The position numbers were made by a program, and so were the translations under genes. From a bacterium (GTDB taxonomy: Bacteria; Vulcanimicrobiota; JABDET01): a DNA stretch of 64,000 bases. The DNA lies in assembly GCA_021800275.1 (NCBI GenBank), contig JAJYZB010000003.1:680-64679 (forward strand), given 5' to 3'. Shown here piece after piece: positions 1 through 8,378 of the stretch. Positions within the stretch are counted from its first letter, which is position 1; each line of letters begins with the position of its first letter. Below the pieces are notes generated by a model. It searched no databases. It saw only the letters and a list, made by a program, of their open reading frames with translations, and was not told the origin of the DNA.

Positions 1-284
1 GCGCTGGCATAAGTATGGACAGCGCATTGAGCATTCGGATAGCTGTTCTGCAGCCAGTTGACAATATTGCCCTGTGAGGACGCACCACCGCATCCTGCCA
101 AAGCACCTGCTGCCATTCCAACAGCTAAGAGACTGCCGGCGACTCTCCCTTTTTTGCCGTGAATAACTTTGTCAATAAGGGATCCATTTTTTTGAGTCTT
201 AGAAGATGGCTCTAAAACTGCCTGACTTCCATTTTCAGGCTGAAGGCGCGATAAGCGGGGTGAAGTTCCATGGTGTATTTTCAT
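1..284 (-). CDS. Partial (runs off window start) putative lipoprotein with a long N-terminal extension
   Basis: Not in ORF track; translated by hand. ATG at 284 with AGGAGG upstream: MKIHHGTSPRLSRLQ...HGKKGRVAGSLLAVGMAAGALAGC(65)GGASSQ; basic-hydrophobic-LAGC lipobox. Confidence 0.7.
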   Translation of the reverse strand, partial: MKIHHGTSPRLSRLQPENGSQAVLEPSSKTQKNGSLIDKVIHGKKGRVAGSLLAVGMAAGALAGCGGASSQGNIVNWLQNSYPNAQCAVHTYAS

Positions 285-323
285 TGATTTAAACCTCCTA
301 AAATATGAATAAAACCAGAATGG

Positions 324-656
324 TCAACCATTTCTCTGAACATCCATTCCGCCCATGATCCCTAACATTGCCCCTTTAGCAATTCCTTGAAGGGCAGCAT
401 TAACTACTTTTGCAGTATTGGCATCAAGAGTATCCTTATTACTGCCATCAGCTTGATTTACTGAAGAAGCGAGATCCCTTGTAAGCACATTCATTAAATC
501 TTTAGTGTACTGTCCTAAAGTGGCGCTGTCAACTCCCAGCATTTCGTTTGCAAACTGCAACTCCTGCTGAGGAAGTGTTTTCATCAAAATCTGCTCAGCA
601 TCTGCCAAAGACTGGCCTGCCTGAACCGTCGGTAAAGTAATTAGCTGTAATGCCAT
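324..656 (-). CDS. Hypothetical helical protein (110 aa)
   Basis: ORF 324..707; ATG at 656 (MALQLITL) preceded by GGAGAG; co-oriented with the lipoprotein gene. Confidence 0.6.
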   Translation of the reverse strand: MALQLITLPTVQAGQSLADAEQILMKTLPQQELQFANEMLGVDSATLGQYTKDLMNVLTRDLASSVNQADGSNKDTLDANTAKVVNAALQGIAKGAMLGIMGGMDVQRNG

Positions 657-843
657 GATTGTATCTCTCCTTTTTATTTTTTTTGCTGCGTATTTCTCTG
701 GCAGCATTAACTAACCAGAGTATAAAAGAGAAAGAAGAGGAAGTCAATGAACAAATTGTTACCATGGGGACAAACAATTTTATTTCTGCTCTAACAAGCA
801 AGGGGAAAATCTATTTAAAATCGAAGGATTAAAAATCATAAAG

Positions 844-1314
844 TTGGATCCACATTTGATCAAAAAAAAAGCGGTTCGAATTAGGGTGGCTGGGGTTCTT
901 TCAGATCAGGGGAAAGTTCTTCTGGTTCAGCACGAAAAAAACGGACATGAATACTGGCTGCTTCCAGGAGGTGGAGTTAATTTTGGAGAGACCCTGGAGA
1001 AAGCTCTGGAACGAGAGTTTATTGAAGAAACAAGTTTGAGAGTTCAAGTTCAACGGCCCATTCTAGTTAGTGAGGTAGTTGCCCCAGATAAATCTCGCCA
1101 TGGACTTCACCTGGTTTTCATTGTGAAGCAGATTTCTGGAAAGCTGAAAGTCGTGCCAGATAAAAGGCTCCGGTCAGCCTGTTTTACGCCATGGCCAGAA
1201 ATACCCAAACTAACTTTTTTCCCCGATATTGCAAACCAGCTTTATACTCTTTATCGGAAACAATTCCCAGCGACCGTAAAATTCACTGGAAATATTTGGA
1301 TGCCAGGAACTTGA
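844..1314 (+). CDS. NUDIX hydrolase
   Basis: Nudix box GGGVNFGETLEKALEREFIEETSL. Confidence 0.9.
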   Translation: MDPHLIKKKAVRIRVAGVLSDQGKVLLVQHEKNGHEYWLLPGGGVNFGETLEKALEREFIEETSLRVQVQRPILVSEVVAPDKSRHGLHLVFIVKQISGKLKVVPDKRLRSACFTPWPEIPKLTFFPDIANQLYTLYRKQFPATVKFTGNIWMPGT

Positions 1315-1363
1315 AACACGGTTTTTGCAAATGTATTTTTGCCGATACGCAAGTCATTCTCTT

Positions 1364-2569
1364 TTAAAAAGAATGACGATTACAAGCAGACGCCAGACTT
1401 CTTCTATCCATTAACTCTAATTTATGCTCTAAAACCCATCTAATAAAAGCTTCATTCATTTTTGGAATTTGAAGCAATAGCTTATCTAACTCTCGCTCTG
1501 AAGAATGGAAACAGGTGCCAATTTCGACTGTAAAATTAAAGATCCCATTGGCCTGTTCATAATCTTCTGAGGAGCCAGTGGTCGGATAAAGTCCAATAGA
1601 TTGATGAAGTTTGAAATTCGCTCCTCCAGTTTTTTTTAAGGCTCTTCCTGCTTCTAAATATTCTCTTACATTTTCTGTTTTTTCTTTTGTGTAGCCCCAT
1701 GGGTAAAGGATTTCATTCCCATAGCTGTGGTGATCAATGATGCCAATCAAATTTTTATGATCGGCTATAAAATTTTGCAGGGCTTTTATTTCAGGTTCTG
1801 AGGCTCCATAAGGACCCCTGTAGTCTTCATCTTTAGGATTGTCAGAAGCGCCCGAAACTATTTTAGCAGAAGAGGATCCTGCTGATATGCGAAATATTTC
1901 CTGGTGCTTTGGATCCCAAAAGTTTCTGTTCAAATCAACTCCAAAGCCTATGACTTTCTGCTTCTGTTCAGAATCTTTTCCAATTCCAGCATTTTGATAA
2001 ATCACAGCCCTGTTCTTTCTCCAGAAGCTGTCAATGGTTCGCGAATAATCGTATCCCTCAGGATTTACCACTGGAATAAACCAAATTTCAGTCTGTTTAA
2101 TAAATCTTGTTAACTCTAAGTTTTTCCCATACCCTTCCAACAGGTTGACTGCTGTCTGCATGGTAACTCTCCCAGTTGCCCATTCTCTGGCATGAATTAA
2201 TCCCGTAAAAAGCACAGCCGGTTTTTTTAAGGAATCCTTTGAGACGTTATCAGTAATCCTTAAGGCATATAAAGGAGTCCCATTGACTGCCTTTCCATAT
2301 TCTACCATTTTGACAAGGGAGGGGTATTTTTTTTCTAACTCACTCATTTGCCGCACATAGTCACTGTAAACTGGGTACAATGAGACACATTTCAATCTCA
2401 AATTTGACGGGATATGAACTGGTTCACTCGTTTTTTGTTCAGTACAGTCTACAGAAATCTTGTTTTTTCGCGCAGCAGATAACAAATTAGATCCGCTCTG
2501 TTTCCTAATAGGGCATTCATGGTTGTAAATCGAAAAAACAGGGTTAACACTTCCTAGCTTATCTATCAT
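1364..2569 (-). CDS. M14 zinc carboxypeptidase (carboxypeptidase T-like)
   Basis: HAREW, NPEG, WRKNR, GVDLNRN, HSYG and C-terminal catalytic E motifs. Confidence 0.9.
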   Translation of the reverse strand: MIDKLGSVNPVFSIYNHECPIRKQSGSNLLSAARKNKISVDCTEQKTSEPVHIPSNLRLKCVSLYPVYSDYVRQMSELEKKYPSLVKMVEYGKAVNGTPLYALRITDNVSKDSLKKPAVLFTGLIHAREWATGRVTMQTAVNLLEGYGKNLELTRFIKQTEIWFIPVVNPEGYDYSRTIDSFWRKNRAVIYQNAGIGKDSEQKQKVIGFGVDLNRNFWDPKHQEIFRISAGSSSAKIVSGASDNPKDEDYRGPYGASEPEIKALQNFIADHKNLIGIIDHHSYGNEILYPWGYTKEKTENVREYLEAGRALKKTGGANFKLHQSIGLYPTTGSSEDYEQANGIFNFTVEIGTCFHSSERELDKLLLQIPKMNEAFIRWVLEHKLELMDRRSLASACNRHSF

Positions 2570-2595
2570 AACACAATGACTCTCCTCTAAGCTAA

Positions 2596-2624
2596 ATTGT
2601 AAAATAATTCAAGCGGAAAAGCAA
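2596..2624 (-). promoter_or_regulatory. Possible sigma70-type promoter for the carboxypeptidase gene
   Basis: Minus strand TTGCTT-17 nt-TACAAT followed by GAGGAG. Confidence 0.35.
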
Positions 2625-2686
2625 TAAAAAAATTTTGCCGACTTGTAAATTTTTGCGACACCTTTTAGACAAATCTTCTGCAGCCT

Positions 2687-3802
2687 TTACAAAATCAACA
2701 TCGCATCGCCAAAACTGTAAAAACGATAGTGCAAACGAATCGCTTCTTTATAGGCATCAAGAATTTTTTCATGCCCTGCAAAAGCAGAGACCAGCATCAA
2801 AAGGGTGGATTTAGGAAGATGAAAATTGGTGATCAAGGAATCCACCTGTTTAAATTCAAACCCTGGATAAATAAATAAATTTGTAAATCCGCTCCCAGCA
2901 GAAATCTCTCCAAATGGGAAATTCTCGAGAACCCGGCAGGCAGTGGTTCCAACGGCTGCGATTCGCTTCCCTTCCTGTTTTCCCTGATTGATCTGTTCAG
3001 CAGCAGATTTAGAAATCGAATACCATTCTTTTTCCATTTGATGGTCTAGGATGTTTTCGGAATGCACAGGTCTGAATGTCCCCCATCCGATATGAAGCGT
3101 AATTTCGGAAAAGTTAACCCCTTCTGCTTTCAATTCTTCCATCAAATCTTCTGTAAAATGAAGTCCTGCTGTAGGAGCAGCCACAGAGCCCTCTTCCCGA
3201 GAATAAATCGTCTGATATTCTTCAGGAGAAGAGTTTGACTGATTAATATAAGGGGGAAGTGGAACCTCCCCAACAACAGGAAGGAGATCTCGAATGTTGT
3301 CACATCCTGAAAACTGAACAATTCTAGTTCCATTCCCATTTCGAGCGACCACTTCAGCCGATATTGGGGTCAGAGCAGCCCTTTTTTCTTCGCTTAAAGC
3401 TTGACCTCTAGAACTTATCGGCAGAGAAGAATCGGACTGAGTCTTTTCATCGCCCTTACCTTCTTCATAATAAAGCAAAATTTTCGTTCCTGTTGGAAGC
3501 CTTCTCCCTGGGCGGACAAGAGTTTCCCACAAATTTTTTTCCTTCTCATTCAGCAAAAGGAGTTCTACTCTTCCGCCTGTTTCTTTTCTGCCAAAAACCC
3601 TTGCAGGCATAACCCTCGTATTGTTTAACACCAGGAGATCTTTTGGGGAAAGATAATTTCCAATATTTCTAAAAACATCATGTTCAATACTCCCTGTCTT
3701 TCGATCCAAAATTAAAAGCCTGCAGGAATCTCTGGGTTGAACAGGGTTCTGAGCAACCAATTCAGGAGGAAGAAAATAATCATAATCCGACAGTTTTAAC
3801 AT
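2687..3802 (-). CDS. queA: S-adenosylmethionine:tRNA ribosyltransferase-isomerase
   Basis: LSDYDYFLPPELVAQ, NNTRV, PLPPYI, GSVAAPTAGLHF, AVGTT, TNFHLPKST, YRFYSFGDAM. Confidence 0.97.
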   Translation of the reverse strand: MLKLSDYDYFLPPELVAQNPVQPRDSCRLLILDRKTGSIEHDVFRNIGNYLSPKDLLVLNNTRVMPARVFGRKETGGRVELLLLNEKEKNLWETLVRPGRRLPTGTKILLYYEEGKGDEKTQSDSSLPISSRGQALSEEKRAALTPISAEVVARNGNGTRIVQFSGCDNIRDLLPVVGEVPLPPYINQSNSSPEEYQTIYSREEGSVAAPTAGLHFTEDLMEELKAEGVNFSEITLHIGWGTFRPVHSENILDHQMEKEWYSISKSAAEQINQGKQEGKRIAAVGTTACRVLENFPFGEISAGSGFTNLFIYPGFEFKQVDSLITNFHLPKSTLLMLVSAFAGHEKILDAYKEAIRLHYRFYSFGDAMLIL

Positions 3803-3822
3803 GACCTGAGTTTATTTCGATT

Positions 3823-3927
3823 TCAAAGAGCTTGCTTCCAGAGAAAGGCTTTTCTTCCGACAAAAAAGTCAACTGATACAGGAAGTCCTGGTCTAAAAGG
3901 ACTGGTTTTATCCATCATCATATTCAT
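3823..3927 (-). pseudogene. Possible 5' stub of an AAA/STAND-type ATPase gene (34 aa)
   Basis: Hand translation MNMMMDKTSPFRPGLPVSVDFFVGRKAFLWKQAL*; resembles the (N/S)PFxPGxPV...FVGR N-terminus that precedes Walker A in such ATPases. Confidence 0.4.
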
Positions 3928-4069
3928 GAATCAAAAATTCTTTCAAACACTGTTTACCCCTTCAAGCGGCTCATCCATGTTGAAAAAAATTCACTTGAGT
4001 CTAACCCTTTCAAAAAAGCAAAATGAAAAGGCTTAAATACGCATCTGGCGAAATCACTGGATATAGCCT

Positions 4070-5050
4070 ATGATCTTAAACATAAAAACCAGCACAAACA
4101 AAAAGGCAGAATGCGAATCCCTGGAGAGTTCTCCTCTGGCAAAAGTAGGGAACACTCCTCTTTTTAAGATTTCCAATATCCTAACCCCTATCCCTATTTT
4201 TGCTAAAGCTGAATGGTTCAATCCTGGCGGAAGTGTCAAAGACAGAGCAGCTCTGAACATGATCCTGAAAGGGGAAGAATCCGAAAAACTAAAACCAGGC
4301 AAGATCATTTTAGACGCGACCTCTGGAAACACAGGAATCGCTTATGCCTGGATCGGAGCGGCAAAAGGGTACCCTGTCAAACTCTGTGTTCCAGGCAGCA
4401 TCAGTGTTTCAAGAAAAAAGATCCTTCTCTCTTATGGGGCAGAACTCATCTTCACAAATCCTCAGGAAATGATTGATGGAGCCATACAAAAAGCAAAAGA
4501 GATTTATCATCAAAATCCTGACCTTTACTTTTATCCAGATCAGTACAGCAACTCGGCTAACTGGCAGGCGCATTATGAAACAACAGCAAAAGAAATCTGG
4601 GAACAAACCTCTGGAAAAATAACCCACTTTATCGCAGGATTAGGAACCAGTGGAACTTTCATTGGAACTGCCAGAAGGTTAAAAAAATTAAATCCTAAGA
4701 TTTGCTGCATTTCTGTTCAGCCTGACTCTAGTTTCCATGGGATGGAAGGATTAAAGAACATGGCATCTTCATTAGTCCCTTCAATTTATGATGAAAGGAT
4801 CGCAGACAAAAACTTATTTATTTCTTCAGAAAAAGCCTATTCTTGGGTTCGAGAACTGGCTAAGAAAGAAGGGCTTCTGGTTGGACCCTCTTCAGGAGGA
4901 GCTTTTGCAGCAGCAAAAGAAGTAGCAGTGGAACTGGAAAAGGAAAAATCTAATAGTGCATTAATTGTTACTGTTTTCCCTGATTCAGGGGAAAAGTATT
5001 TAGAAGAAGATTTTTGGAATGAGGAGGAAAAAAATGACTGCAGTGATTAA
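4070..5050 (+). CDS. cysM: PLP-dependent cysteine synthase family protein (CysM-like)
   Basis: KAEWFNPGGSVKDR, ATSGNTG, GLGTSGT, GPSSG, FPDSGEKYL. Confidence 0.88.
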   Translation: MILNIKTSTNKKAECESLESSPLAKVGNTPLFKISNILTPIPIFAKAEWFNPGGSVKDRAALNMILKGEESEKLKPGKIILDATSGNTGIAYAWIGAAKGYPVKLCVPGSISVSRKKILLSYGAELIFTNPQEMIDGAIQKAKEIYHQNPDLYFYPDQYSNSANWQAHYETTAKEIWEQTSGKITHFIAGLGTSGTFIGTARRLKKLNPKICCISVQPDSSFHGMEGLKNMASSLVPSIYDERIADKNLFISSEKAYSWVRELAKKEGLLVGPSSGGAFAAAKEVAVELEKEKSNSALIVTVFPDSGEKYLEEDFWNEEEKNDCSD

Positions 5051-6347
5051 ATCCAATTTACCTGGTCCTAAGTCAAAAGAACTTCTGACAAAAAAGGAAT
5101 CATACGTTCCAGAGGCTATGGGGGCAATGGCTCCTTTCATGATCGCAAAAGGAGAAGGAGCATGGATTACAGATGTGGATGGAAACCGCTTTTTAGATTT
5201 AACAGGTGGATGGGGGTGCTTAAATGTGGGACACGCCCACCCAAAAGTTGTGAAAGCGGTTCAAGATCAGGCCTCTAAATTTCTGCATACAGATTACAGT
5301 GTTGTCAGCTATGATGTTTATGCCGAACTCGCGGAAAAATTAATCAAAGCATCCCCAGGACCCACTTCTAAAAAAACGGCTTTTTTCAACTGCGGCGCAG
5401 AAGCCGTAGAAAATGCTGTCAAAATTTCTCGCTCTTACACCAAACGAGGAGCAGTTCTTGTTTTTGAAGGGGCATTTCACGGACGAACTCTTTTAACCAT
5501 GACTATGACACATAAGGCAAAACCATATAAATATCATTATGGTCCTTTTGCTCCTGACATCTATCGAGCTCCTTATCCCAATCCTTACAGAAATCCCATG
5601 AGTTTCCGTGAACTGGAAAAAAAGATTCTGTCTCTGGTTAATGCGGATGAGTTAGCTTGTGTGGTGATTGAAGCCATTCAAGGAGAAGGTGGATTTGTGG
5701 TTCCTATGGATGACCTCCTTCCTGGACTCCGAAAATTCACAAAAGAAAATGGAATTATGCTGGTCGTAGATGAAGTACAGGCAGGAATGGGAAGAACCGG
5801 AAAATTTTTTGCCTATGAACATTGGAATATTGAACCTGATTTAGTGGTCATTGGAAAATCTCTTGCCTCAGGACTGCCTTTAAGTGGAGTGCTTGGAAAA
5901 AAGGAGATTTTAGATGCCATGCCTGACAGCTCAATTGGAGGGACTTATGTTGGAAATCCAGTCTGCTGTGCAGCAGGGATGGCAGTCATGGATGTCATTC
6001 AAGAAGAAAAACTCCTTGAAAAAGCCAGTAAGCTTGGTTCCCTTATGAAAAACCGCTTCAGCGTGATCCAGGAAAAGTGCGCTCTTGTTGGAGATGTTCG
6101 TGGAATTGGAGCCATGGTTGCCATGGAATTTGTCAAAGATCGAAAAACAAAAGAACCCGCCACAGAAGAAACAGCAAAAATAGCAAAAGAAGCTCTTGCC
6201 AACGGAGTCCTTTTAGCAAAAGCAGGAATCTATGGGAATGTCATCCGTATGTTAATCCCTCTGGTTATCAACGAGAAAGATTTAAATTTCGGTCTGGATG
6301 TGCTTCAAAAAGCGGTAGAAAAAATCACATCGCAGCATCAGGCATGA
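5034..6347 (+). CDS. gabT: Class III aminotransferase, 4-aminobutyrate aminotransferase-like
   Basis: NCGAEAVENAVK, AFHGRT, IQGEGGF, DEVQAGMGRTG, GKSLASGLPLS; start at 5034 after GAGGAGG, overlapping the cysM end. Confidence 0.85.
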   Translation: MTAVIKSNLPGPKSKELLTKKESYVPEAMGAMAPFMIAKGEGAWITDVDGNRFLDLTGGWGCLNVGHAHPKVVKAVQDQASKFLHTDYSVVSYDVYAELAEKLIKASPGPTSKKTAFFNCGAEAVENAVKISRSYTKRGAVLVFEGAFHGRTLLTMTMTHKAKPYKYHYGPFAPDIYRAPYPNPYRNPMSFRELEKKILSLVNADELACVVIEAIQGEGGFVVPMDDLLPGLRKFTKENGIMLVVDEVQAGMGRTGKFFAYEHWNIEPDLVVIGKSLASGLPLSGVLGKKEILDAMPDSSIGGTYVGNPVCCAAGMAVMDVIQEEKLLEKASKLGSLMKNRFSVIQEKCALVGDVRGIGAMVAMEFVKDRKTKEPATEETAKIAKEALANGVLLAKAGIYGNVIRMLIPLVINEKDLNFGLDVLQKAVEKITSQHQA

Positions 6348-6381
6348 AACTAAACTCAAGGAACAGAGTTAAAGAACATCC

Positions 6382-6861
6382 ATGGTGATCATGTCTCCTA
6401 AAAATCTGCAGTTGAGTCATGAAGCTGTCAGTTCCATGATTTCCCACGCTGAAACTGGATACCCTTATGAGATCTGTGGAGCTCTTTTGGGAAATGACAA
6501 AGATAAGGATCGTCTTATTGCAGAAACATTCCCTTTAGCTAATATGAAGGAGAACCAAAGAGAAACCCGATACCTCATTTCTCCTGATTCAGTTTTCCTG
6601 GCAGAAAAAGAAGCCAAACAAAAAGGGCTGGAACTTTTAGGCTTTTATCATTCACATCCTGACCATCCATCCATGCCTTCAGAGTATGATAAAGAACATG
6701 CCTTCCCCTGGTATTCTTATCTTATTTTATCTGTTGAAAAAGGAAAATTTCAGAAACTGACAGCTTGGGAACTAAAAGAAGACAGAAGCATGTTTATGCC
6801 CTGCACAATAAAAGGAAAAAATGATGGATTCGACGAAATCTTACAAAAAAGTCATGATTAA
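6382..6861 (+). CDS. JAB/MPN+ (M67) metallopeptidase, Mec-like
   Basis: YPYEICG and YHSHPDHPSMPSEYD JAMM motif. Confidence 0.92.
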   Translation: MVIMSPKNLQLSHEAVSSMISHAETGYPYEICGALLGNDKDKDRLIAETFPLANMKENQRETRYLISPDSVFLAEKEAKQKGLELLGFYHSHPDHPSMPSEYDKEHAFPWYSYLILSVEKGKFQKLTAWELKEDRSMFMPCTIKGKNDGFDEILQKSHD

Positions 6862-6912
6862 AAAAAATTAAAACAAAACTAAACTCTGTTTGTAAAACTA
6901 AGGAGGAATTAA

Positions 6913-8370
6913 ATGGCAGTAAAAGTCTTCATCCCAACCCCCCTCCGCCCCTACACCAATCAAAAAGATGTGGTAGAAGTGGAAGGCAGAACGGTTGCAG
7001 AAGCTCTCCAAAAACTAACCGCTTCTTATCAGGATTTAAAAAAACATCTTTATACAGAGGATGGGAAGCTCAGGAGTTTTGTCAATATTTATGTCAACGA
7101 TCAGGACATCCGACATCTTAAAAAAGAAAAAACTCCATTATCAGGAGAAGAAACGGTTCATATTGTCCCTTCGATTGCTGGAGGCTCTCAAAATTCAAAT
7201 GGACATAACAGCGCTGCTCAAACCCTAGAAACCCCGCTTTCTAAAGATGAAATGCAGCGGTACTCACGCCATTTAATCATGCCTGAAGTCGGAATTGAAG
7301 GTCAAACAAAACTAAAAATGGCAAAGGTTTTGTGTATTGGAGCAGGAGGACTTGGGGCTCCTGTAAGCCTTTATTTAGCAGCAGCCGGGGTTGGAACAAT
7401 TGGACTGGTTGACTTTGATCAAGTGGATTACACGAACCTCCAAAGACAGATCCTTTACAGCACTTCAGATGTTGGAATCCCTAAACTAAAAGCAGCTGAA
7501 GAACGATTAAAAAAATTAAATTCAGAAATCCTAATTAACACGCATGAAACAAAGCTGACCTCTGAAAATGCCCTGAAACTCTTCCGTGATTATGATGTCA
7601 TTGTGGATGGAACAGATAATTTTCCCACACGGTATCTGGTCAATGATGCTTGTGTGTTAACTGGAAAGCCAAATGTGTATGGAAGCATTTTCAGATTTGA
7701 AGGTCAGGTCTCAGTTTTTGATGCTGAAAAAGGTCCCTGCTACCGCTGCCTTTATTCAGAACCTCCTCCCCCAGGACTTGTTCCATCCTGCGCAGAAGGA
7801 GGAGTTCTTGGAGTTCTGCCTGGAGTCATTGGATCTTTCCAGGCCCTCGAATCTCTAAAATTAATTTTAGGAATTGGAGAACCTCTTATTGGCAGATTAA
7901 TTTTGTTTGATGGTCTAAATTTTAAAATCCGAGAGATGAAATTGAAAAAAGATCCAAACTGTCCTATTTGCGGAAAAGAGCCAAAAATTAAAAAACTCAT
8001 TGATTATGACCAATTCTGCGGAATAAAAAAGGAGGAAGAAAAAATGGAGTATGAAATTGACATTGAATTAGAGGAATTTAAACATCTTAGAGATCAGAAA
8101 GTCGATCACATTTTAATAGATGTGAGAGAAAAATGGGAATGGGAGTTATGCTGTTTCCCTGAAGCCTTACACATTCCTCTTGGGGAACTCCAGCGCCGAA
8201 TGAATGAACTGGACAAATCTAAATTCATCATCGTTCACTGCAAATCTGGGGGAAGGAGCGCCAGAGCAGTTGAACAGATGAAAAAAGCAGGGTTCGCAAA
8301 AGTTAAAAACTTAAAAGGTGGAATCAATGGGTGGGCTGAGAAGATCGATCCATCTGTTCCCAAATATTAA
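6913..8370 (+). CDS. moeB: Fusion of MoaD/ThiS/CysO ubiquitin-like domain, MoeB/ThiF E1-like adenylyltransferase and rhodanese (MoeZ-like)
   Basis: Residues 1-91 beta-grasp ending VPSIAGG; then RYSRHL, GAGGLG, TNLQRQ, DGTDNF, CYRC, SCAEGG, CPIC; C-terminal rhodanese HCKSGGRS. Confidence 0.92.
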   Translation: MAVKVFIPTPLRPYTNQKDVVEVEGRTVAEALQKLTASYQDLKKHLYTEDGKLRSFVNIYVNDQDIRHLKKEKTPLSGEETVHIVPSIAGGSQNSNGHNSAAQTLETPLSKDEMQRYSRHLIMPEVGIEGQTKLKMAKVLCIGAGGLGAPVSLYLAAAGVGTIGLVDFDQVDYTNLQRQILYSTSDVGIPKLKAAEERLKKLNSEILINTHETKLTSENALKLFRDYDVIVDGTDNFPTRYLVNDACVLTGKPNVYGSIFRFEGQVSVFDAEKGPCYRCLYSEPPPPGLVPSCAEGGVLGVLPGVIGSFQALESLKLILGIGEPLIGRLILFDGLNFKIREMKLKKDPNCPICGKEPKIKKLIDYDQFCGIKKEEEKMEYEIDIELEEFKHLRDQKVDHILIDVREKWEWELCCFPEALHIPLGELQRRMNELDKSKFIIVHCKSGGRSARAVEQMKKAGFAKVKNLKGGINGWAEKIDPSVPKY

Positions 8371-8378
8371 GATCTGAC

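Noticed and set aside
1341-1348. Sigma28 -10-like GCCGATAC
   Set aside because: No TAAA at the correct spacing, and it points into the end of a convergent gene
6382-8370. JAB+Ubl+E1 as an antiviral ubiquitination system (Bil or CBASS Cap2/Cap3 type)
   Set aside because: No E2 domain or cyclase; a rhodanese domain and a cysteine synthase point to sulfur transfer
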